Of a DNA stretch of 64,000 bases, positions 58,546 to 64,000 are shown one piece after another. The stretch comes from Chloroflexota bacterium (GTDB taxonomy: Bacteria > Chloroflexota > Dehalococcoidia > Lucifugimonadales > Lucifugimonadaceae). The stretch is from the NCBI GenBank assembly GCA_002721615.1, contig PBKW01000005.1, forward strand, positions 239-64,238, in the 5' to 3' direction. Position 1 is the first letter of the stretch; each line of letters opens with the position of its first letter. Made by a program: the position numbers and the translations under genes. Under the pieces are notes generated by a model. It ran no database searches, was not told the DNA's origin, and saw only the letters and a list, made by a program, of their open reading frames with translations.

Positions 58546-60285
58546 GTTGGGTTTACTAAAAAATTTCCATTCTTTATGATCAAACGAAATATCTTGATAG
58601 GTATCTAAATGTTTGATTAAAGATTTTGTGTTTTGAAATCTCCTTTCTGGAATTTTTGCTAAACATTTTGATATGCAATAAGAAATGTTTATTGGAATCA
58701 GATTATTTAATGAAGTTGCTTTGGGTATAAAAGAATAAAGATGTTTTTCTCTAACTGAATCCTTTTCATTCTCTGCTGAAGAATCAGGTGAAAATGGGAA
58801 ACGACCAGTAACCATGAAATACATTAATCCTCCGAGAGTATAAATTTCTGACCTTATGTCTAAATTTTGGCCGTGCCATTGTTCTGGAGATACCCATAGT
58901 ACCGATCCTGTTTTAGAAATATTTTTATTTGTATTTATTTTTCTAGCTAAACTGAAATCTATTAATTTAGGAACACCTTGATGATCAAATAAAATGTTTT
59001 CTGGCTTTAAATCACAATGTATTATGTTTTTTTGATGTATATAATCTAGACCTTTAATTATTTCTTTGATAATGTGAATCATTTCTGAAATATTTACTGG
59101 GCCACTTTTAGTTATTTTTTCTTTAAGGGACCCACCATTTAAGAATTCAAGAACTAGATAAGGAGGTTGGTTATCAAGGTTGTGATTTATTAATTTTACT
59201 ATATTTGAATGATTAACTTTTGGATGACATTTAGTTTCATTATGAATATCAAATTGGGTTCTAAGATTTTTCTTTTCAATATTTAAATCTGTTTTTACTA
59301 TTACTTGTTTTTTAAGTTTATGATCCCACGTTTTATAAATATTTCTAGAAACTATATTATTTAAAGGTTCGAGATCAGTGTAAGGCCCTAGCCTATCTAA
59401 AGTTTTTGTAAGAGAAGATTTTTTTTCTTCTTTAGTGAATAAAGAAAGAAATCCATAAGGAGCTTGGTTTATGGGATTTTGGGAACTAAAATTAACGATT
59501 AATACGGTCACATTGTCAATTCCTCCTGATTTATTTGCTGATTTTACTAAAGAATCAACAATGATTTCAGGGTCTTTTTTATTTAAGATGTTAATTATTT
59601 CAGAATCTTTTAATTGTCCATGTAATCCGTCTGAACAAATTAATAATGTGTCGTTATTATTTAAAGAAAAACTCACTAAATCTGTCTCAACATTATTCTT
59701 GATTCCTATTGCTCTTGTTAACATGTTTTTTTTAGGATGAATTTTTGCGTCTTTTTTTGTTAACTTTCCTTGATTAATTTGATTTGCTATCCATGTATGG
59801 TCATTAGTCATTTGATAAAGTTTTGAGTTTCTAAATAAGTATGCTCTACTATCTCCTACATGGCCTACAGTTACCCCTTTACTAGTAATTACAGCAGTAG
59901 TTAAAGTAGTTCCCATACCAGATAAATTAGGGTTTTTAGATTCTAAAAATACCGAGTGATTGGCTGAATCAAAAGCAGTTTTCAGCATTTCTCTTGTAGA
60001 TCTAGTCGAAGTAGAATGATTTAAAGACTTTTCTAGTGATTTGACAGCAATACTACTTGCTTCTGCTCCTCCTTTTTGACCTCCCAATCCATCTGCTACC
60101 GATATTATACCTAAAATTCCTTGTGGAACCTTAGGAGGTAATAAGATGCTTAGTTTATCTTGATTTTCATCTCTTATTCTTCCAATATGTGTTTTGCCTT
60201 TTACGTTAATGAAAAAATCTGATGAATCATCTGGAATCAAGATGTCTCTTAGTTCTATAGAATCCTTAAAAGATAATTTAGGCAT
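58534..60285 (-). CDS. Fusion protein: N-terminal PP2C (PPM) Ser/Thr phosphatase plus C-terminal Hanks-type Ser/Thr protein kinase
   Basis: PP2C motifs: RDENQD, ADGLGGQKGG, CSDGL, GGIDNVTVLIV. Kinase motifs: VIVKT Lys, HCDLKPENILF catalytic loop, DFS(LA) in place of DFG, SPEQ. No TM segment. Confidence 0.85.
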   Translation of the reverse strand: MPKLSFKDSIELRDILIPDDSSDFFINVKGKTHIGRIRDENQDKLSILLPPKVPQGILGIISVADGLGGQKGGAEASSIAVKSLEKSLNHSTSTRSTREMLKTAFDSANHSVFLESKNPNLSGMGTTLTTAVITSKGVTVGHVGDSRAYLFRNSKLYQMTNDHTWIANQINQGKLTKKDAKIHPKKNMLTRAIGIKNNVETDLVSFSLNNNDTLLICSDGLHGQLKDSEIINILNKKDPEIIVDSLVKSANKSGGIDNVTVLIVNFSSQNPINQAPYGFLSLFTKEEKKSSLTKTLDRLGPYTDLEPLNNIVSRNIYKTWDHKLKKQVIVKTDLNIEKKNLRTQFDIHNETKCHPKVNHSNIVKLINHNLDNQPPYLVLEFLNGGSLKEKITKSGPVNISEMIHIIKEIIKGLDYIHQKNIIHCDLKPENILFDHQGVPKLIDFSLARKINTNKNISKTGSVLWVSPEQWHGQNLDIRSEIYTLGGLMYFMVTGRFPFSPDSSAENEKDSVREKHLYSFIPKATSLNNLIPINISYCISKCLAKIPERRFQNTKSLIKHLDTYQDISFDHKEWKFFSKPNSFS

Positions 60286-60297
60286 TATTTAAATTTT

Positions 60298-61380
60298 TTA
60301 TTTTTTTAAAAATTTTATACATACAGGATATGGAATATTTATATTAAATCCTGTAGGAGATAGTAGGCCTAATTCTTTATTTACTTTAAAGCTATATATA
60401 TCACTAGAATCTTGGTTAGCAGCTAAGATAAAATTTCCATTGGGATCAATCCCAAAATTTCTTGGTATTTTCCCCATAGTGGATTGATGATCTACATATT
60501 CCATTTTTCCATTGTTCTGATTGATTTTAAAAATGACTATACTATCGTGTCCTCTATTCGAAGCATAAAGGAATTTTCCATCTTTTGAGATATGAATGTC
60601 AGCACAACTTTGTGGTGAAAAATTTTCTGGTAGAGTGGATACAGTTTCAATTTCTTTCATTTCAGCAGTGTTTTGATCATAAGAAAACGCAGTTATAGTA
60701 GCACTTATTTCATTAAGGACATATACGAATTTGCCTGTTGGGTGAAAATCTAAGTGACGAGGTCCAGATCCAGGTTCAACAGTTCCATAAGGGAAAGAAT
60801 TAGTTTCCAATGCTCCTTTTTCGAAATTAATTTTGAAAATTAAAATTTTATCTAAACCTAAATCCGGAACTAGAGCGAAGTTATTATTAGGATCTATATT
60901 TATAGAATGAGCATGAGGACCTTCTTGCCTTTCAGGATTAATGCTTGATCCGGTATGTTGTATAAAACTTGAGGCAGGTTTCAAACTCCCATCTTCATTG
61001 ATTGGGAGCATTGTAGATGCACCCCCACTATAGTTTGCAACAAATAGAAATTTTCCTGTTGAGTCTACTGAGAGATGGCAAGGACCAATACTTTTTGTGC
61101 TTTCAGAGTTTATAAAAGTTAGTTGACCATTTTGTCTGTTGATACTAAATGCACTTACTGTTCCTCCTTCGTTTTCTCCTACTGAATAAAGAAATTTTTT
61201 ATTAGGGTGAATAGCTAAAAATGAAGGATTATTGTGATTTTTTATTGAAGATTTTTGTTTTAATTCACCTGTAGAAGAATTATATTCAAGAGTGTAAATT
61301 CCTTCACTAGTTTCATGTGTTTCTAGCCACATAGGTTTTGTATATGTTCCAACAAAAACGAAATAATCAAAAGTGTTCAT
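60298..61380 (-). CDS. 7-bladed beta-propeller lactonase (6-phosphogluconolactonase YbhE-like)
   Basis: 360 aa. Repeated blade pattern, GSGPRHLDFHP, and the GPCHLSVD/GPHAHSINIDP contexts typical of the Lactonase family. Confidence 0.8.
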   Translation of the reverse strand: MNTFDYFVFVGTYTKPMWLETHETSEGIYTLEYNSSTGELKQKSSIKNHNNPSFLAIHPNKKFLYSVGENEGGTVSAFSINRQNGQLTFINSESTKSIGPCHLSVDSTGKFLFVANYSGGASTMLPINEDGSLKPASSFIQHTGSSINPERQEGPHAHSINIDPNNNFALVPDLGLDKILIFKINFEKGALETNSFPYGTVEPGSGPRHLDFHPTGKFVYVLNEISATITAFSYDQNTAEMKEIETVSTLPENFSPQSCADIHISKDGKFLYASNRGHDSIVIFKINQNNGKMEYVDHQSTMGKIPRNFGIDPNGNFILAANQDSSDIYSFKVNKELGLLSPTGFNINIPYPVCIKFLKK

Positions 61381-61401
61381 ATTTATATCTCCAATCTTAT
61401 A

Positions 61402-62232
61402 TTAATCATAAAAATTTATTAATGCTTTTCCTTCGATGAAAAATTCTTCTCCAGTTTCAGTTTTTACTATAATTTTTATATTATAATCACCTTCATCAGT
61501 ATATATATGACGTCCTTTAAAGTAACCTTTTTTCATGTTAGATAAAGTGAATCCTTCCCATTCAATATCTAAGTTATCAAATTCGTCAAGTTTTGAATCA
61601 CCCCAAGAAATTTTTGCAGTCATATCAATATTAGGATCTTGTCTTTCAACAAATCCTCCCTTTAATAATGCCCATTCATTAACAATTCCGATAATTGTAT
61701 TCCCAAATATTAATCTTATTTCAGGGTATGGTGTAGCAGTAGGAGTAGGAGTGTGTGTGGCAATTAATTTAAAATTTTCAGTTTGAACAAATTTAATATT
61801 TCTAGTTGGAATGGGTTTAATTTTTGGTGTTGGAGAAGTTTTTTTTATAATAGTTGATGTTGGTGTTGGAATTACAGTTGGTATTTTAGTAGGAATAATA
61901 TTTTTTTCAGAAGTTTTAATTAAATTAGGAGATTGATCAGGTTTTATAAGAATAGGTTTAGGGGTATTTTGAATTACTTGAACTATTGTTTGAGTAACAG
62001 TAATTTCTTTTTTAGTGATTTTTATAAATTTTTTATTAGTATTATTTAATTCTTTGGTTTTAATTTCTAAACTGGATTTTGATATGTTATCTTTCTTTAT
62101 AATTTCTTTATTCTGATTTTTATTGGATAAAACTTCTGGAGTATTTTCATTTTTTTTTGACACAAATTCATTGTTTTCACATGATATATGAAAAAAAAGC
62201 AATAAATTTATAGAGATCAATAAATATTTCAT
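61402..62232 (-). CDS. Lipoprotein with a Pro/Thr-rich linker and a C-terminal PKD-like domain
   Basis: Lipobox HISC. PT-rich stretch IPTVIPTPTSTI...THTPTPTATPYP. C-terminal WGDS...GRHIYTDEGDYNIKIIV resembles the PKD signature. Confidence 0.6.
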   Translation of the reverse strand: MKYLLISINLLLFFHISCENNEFVSKKNENTPEVLSNKNQNKEIIKKDNISKSSLEIKTKELNNTNKKFIKITKKEITVTQTIVQVIQNTPKPILIKPDQSPNLIKTSEKNIIPTKIPTVIPTPTSTIIKKTSPTPKIKPIPTRNIKFVQTENFKLIATHTPTPTATPYPEIRLIFGNTIIGIVNEWALLKGGFVERQDPNIDMTAKISWGDSKLDEFDNLDIEWEGFTLSNMKKGYFKGRHIYTDEGDYNIKIIVKTETGEEFFIEGKALINFYD

Positions 62233-62426
62233 TGGATTTATTATATCAATATAAAGGTATTAAAAAGATGAAAGAGGGCAAAAAAAAAGTCCGAAAAAAT
62301 TCGAACGTGCAATATATTATAGCAGAACGAATTTTAATTTGTCAACCTTTTAATCTTAAACTTCTAAAAGATTTTCTTTTTCAATGAAATTTTATAACGT
62401 ATTATAAATTGTTAAAATTTTGAGTT

Positions 62427-63311
62427 ATGACCAATAAAGAGTTACAAAATATCATCAAGCAAAAGTTTGATAATCCTATAGATATAAATTCTCCAGTTGA
62501 ACTAAGAAGAAAACAAATTGAAGATAATGCTATACCTCCTCCTAAGGAAGCTTTAATAAAGAAAGAAAAAATAAATGGTAATTTATGCTATTGGATTACT
62601 ATGCCTAAATCTAAGTCTGATAGATTGTTTTTTTTCATTCATGGGGGAGGGTACACAATGGGGTCTGCTGAATCATCTTTTTCTTTGGCATCTTGGATAG
62701 CAAATGAAACTGAATCTAATGTTTTTTCTATAAATTATCGTTTAGCTCCTGAAAATCCTTTTCCTGCAGCAATAGAAGATACTATTGATATTTATAATTG
62801 GATTTTATCTAAAGGTTTTTTACCTAAAAAATTATGTGTAGGTGGTATTTCTGCCGGTGGGGGATTAGCTTTAGCTCTTTTATTATTGCTAAAAGAAAAT
62901 TCTATATCATATCCTGCTTGTTCAATATTGATGAGTCCTTGGACTGATCTTTCTCAATCTGGAGATACTTATCAATCAAAAGATATTTTTGATCCTGTGA
63001 TTAAAAAAGAATATCTTCACTCTTGGGCTGATGATTATTTACAGGGACAAAAATTTTCTAATCCTTTAGCTTCTCCACTTTTTGGTGACTTATCAGGATT
63101 ACCCCCTACTCTAATTCAAGTGGGAAAATCTGAAGTTATGCTTAGTGACTCTCAGCGACTTTTTGTTAAATCTAAAAAAGCTGGATCACCAGTAGAAATA
63201 GAAGAATGTTCAGAAATGTTTCATGGATGGCAAAATTATTATGATTTTCTTTTTGAATCAAGACAAGCTATTAAAAATATTGGAAAATTCTTCAAAAAAA
63301 ACATTAAATAA
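62427..63311 (+). CDS. Alpha/beta hydrolase fold-3 esterase/lipase (hormone-sensitive-lipase family)
   Basis: Oxyanion HGGGY and nucleophile GISAGG. His in FHGW. Confidence 0.85.
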   Translation: MTNKELQNIIKQKFDNPIDINSPVELRRKQIEDNAIPPPKEALIKKEKINGNLCYWITMPKSKSDRLFFFIHGGGYTMGSAESSFSLASWIANETESNVFSINYRLAPENPFPAAIEDTIDIYNWILSKGFLPKKLCVGGISAGGGLALALLLLLKENSISYPACSILMSPWTDLSQSGDTYQSKDIFDPVIKKEYLHSWADDYLQGQKFSNPLASPLFGDLSGLPPTLIQVGKSEVMLSDSQRLFVKSKKAGSPVEIEECSEMFHGWQNYYDFLFESRQAIKNIGKFFKKNIK

Positions 63312-63510
63312 ATTTATTAATGATTATTAAGTATAAAAATAAAAGATGGAAGTTAACTTTTCTAGGGATATTTTCTAATATCTTTAAAGTTTTATTTTTT
63401 GTATATCTTCTTCAGTTAATAATAGGATTAATTCCTAATTAACAAAAAAGTTGATTAAATACAAAAGAATATTTTAAAGTAAGATCTCATTAATAAACTA
63501 CTGAATAATT

Positions 63511-63816
63511 ATGAGTAACACTTCAAAAAATTTAGATAAATTTATACTTTTTTTGGTGGTTTCTTCTCATCATTTGTATATTATTGCGATATTAATATCA
63601 ATTCCTTTTTTGATATTTAATACTTCTTGGTATGTTTCACTTCCCCTGCTTACTTGGATTCTCTACTTAGGTTTTTCTCAGGTTCTTGATTGCCCTTGGA
63701 CTAATTTAGAAAATCGTTACAGAAAAAAAATTGGTATACCTACAATTGATACATTCATTAAGCATTACTATGTTAAACCATATAAAAAATTGAAAATTAA
63801 AAAACGCATAAGTTAA
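63511..63816 (+). CDS. Small membrane protein, DUF2784-like
   Basis: 101 aa with 2-3 TM segments. CPWTNLENRYR resembles the CPLT-x-LE-x-LR motif I recall for DUF2784. Confidence 0.5.
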   Translation: MSNTSKNLDKFILFLVVSSHHLYIIAILISIPFLIFNTSWYVSLPLLTWILYLGFSQVLDCPWTNLENRYRKKIGIPTIDTFIKHYYVKPYKKLKIKKRIS

Positions 63817-63828
63817 AAGTTTGTCCAA

Positions 63829-64000
63829 ATGAATTCTGTTGAAAAATTTCGAAACTATATTAATGGCCAATGGAAAAATTCTATTTCAGGTAAAGAATAT
63901 GAAGTTTTCAATCCTGCAGATAAAAATCAATTATTAGGAAATATTTCTTTTTGTTCTAAAAAAGATGTTGATTTAGCAATTGATGCTGCATCTTCTTCTT
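63829..64000 (+). CDS. Aldehyde dehydrogenase family protein, N-terminal fragment (continues past the window end)
   Basis: Manual translation: MNSVEKFRNYINGQWKNSISGKEYEVFNPADKNQLLGNISFCSKKDVDLAIDAASSS. This is the typical ALDH N-terminus (YINGxW...NPA...DVDxAIxAA). Confidence 0.8.
   Translation, partial: MNSVEKFRNYINGQWKNSISGKEYEVFNPADKNQLLGNISFCSKKDVDLAIDAASSS

Noticed and set aside
1-64000. A search for CRISPR arrays, tRNA/rRNA genes, transposases, integrases, prophage genes, restriction-modification, toxin-antitoxin or other defense systems, and secondary-metabolite clusters.
   Set aside because: None was found by eye. The intergenic spacers are short (302 bp at most) and too AT-rich for tRNAs. 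There are no regularly spaced repeats. No ORF carries recombinase, nuclease-helicase defense, or PKS/NRPS/RiPP signatures. A proper tRNAscan, Infernal and defense-finder run should confirm this.

Overview
A 64-kb, strongly AT-rich (roughly 30% G+C by eye, not computed) and very gene-dense bacterial chromosomal segment. I count about 55 CDS. By eye I found no rRNA, tRNA, CRISPR array, transposase or integrase. Housekeeping genes: proBA, mfd, orn, xthA, ogt, dnaE, fabF, folC, tldD/pmbA, cinA, phoU-pstB, rlmN, mutS2, leuS, thiD. They are interleaved with many catabolic or accessory enzymes: a YjhG-like IlvD/Edd dehydratase, an amidohydrolase, three SDRs, two enolase-superfamily acid-sugar dehydratases, an HpcH aldolase, an MlrC-like peptidase, a family III CoA-transferase, a beta-propeller lactonase, a class-3 lipase, an HSL-type esterase and an aldehyde dehydrogenase. 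There are also several lipoproteins and an MMPL + ABC-2 exporter cluster. Lineage is inferred, not proven: a 1392-aa membrane protein with the YYY motif of the Chloroflexi/Archaea DUF2298 family, MutS2, Gram-positive-type LexA boxes and the enolase/CaiB/SDR load suggest a streamlined marine Chloroflexota (SAR202/Dehalococcoidia-like) genome. Most interesting observations: (1) two perfect AGAAC-N4-GTTCT LexA-type boxes sit inside a promoter that drives an unassigned 98-aa Cys4 + helix-turn-helix protein, a candidate undescribed SOS-controlled regulator, and its transcript would run head-on into phoU-pstB; (2) almost all convergent gene pairs overlap or nearly abut with no intrinsic terminators, and at dnaE/ogt an 18-bp perfect palindrome encodes SLINE on both strands; (3) a soluble PP2C-phosphatase/Ser-Thr-kinase fusion lies in an operon with a lactonase and a PKD lipoprotein; (4) a lipase carries a C-terminal x-D-x-I-P repeat tail; (5) there are compact, translationally coupled sugar-acid catabolic modules. 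I cannot point to a canonical defense system, prophage or biosynthetic cluster in this window.
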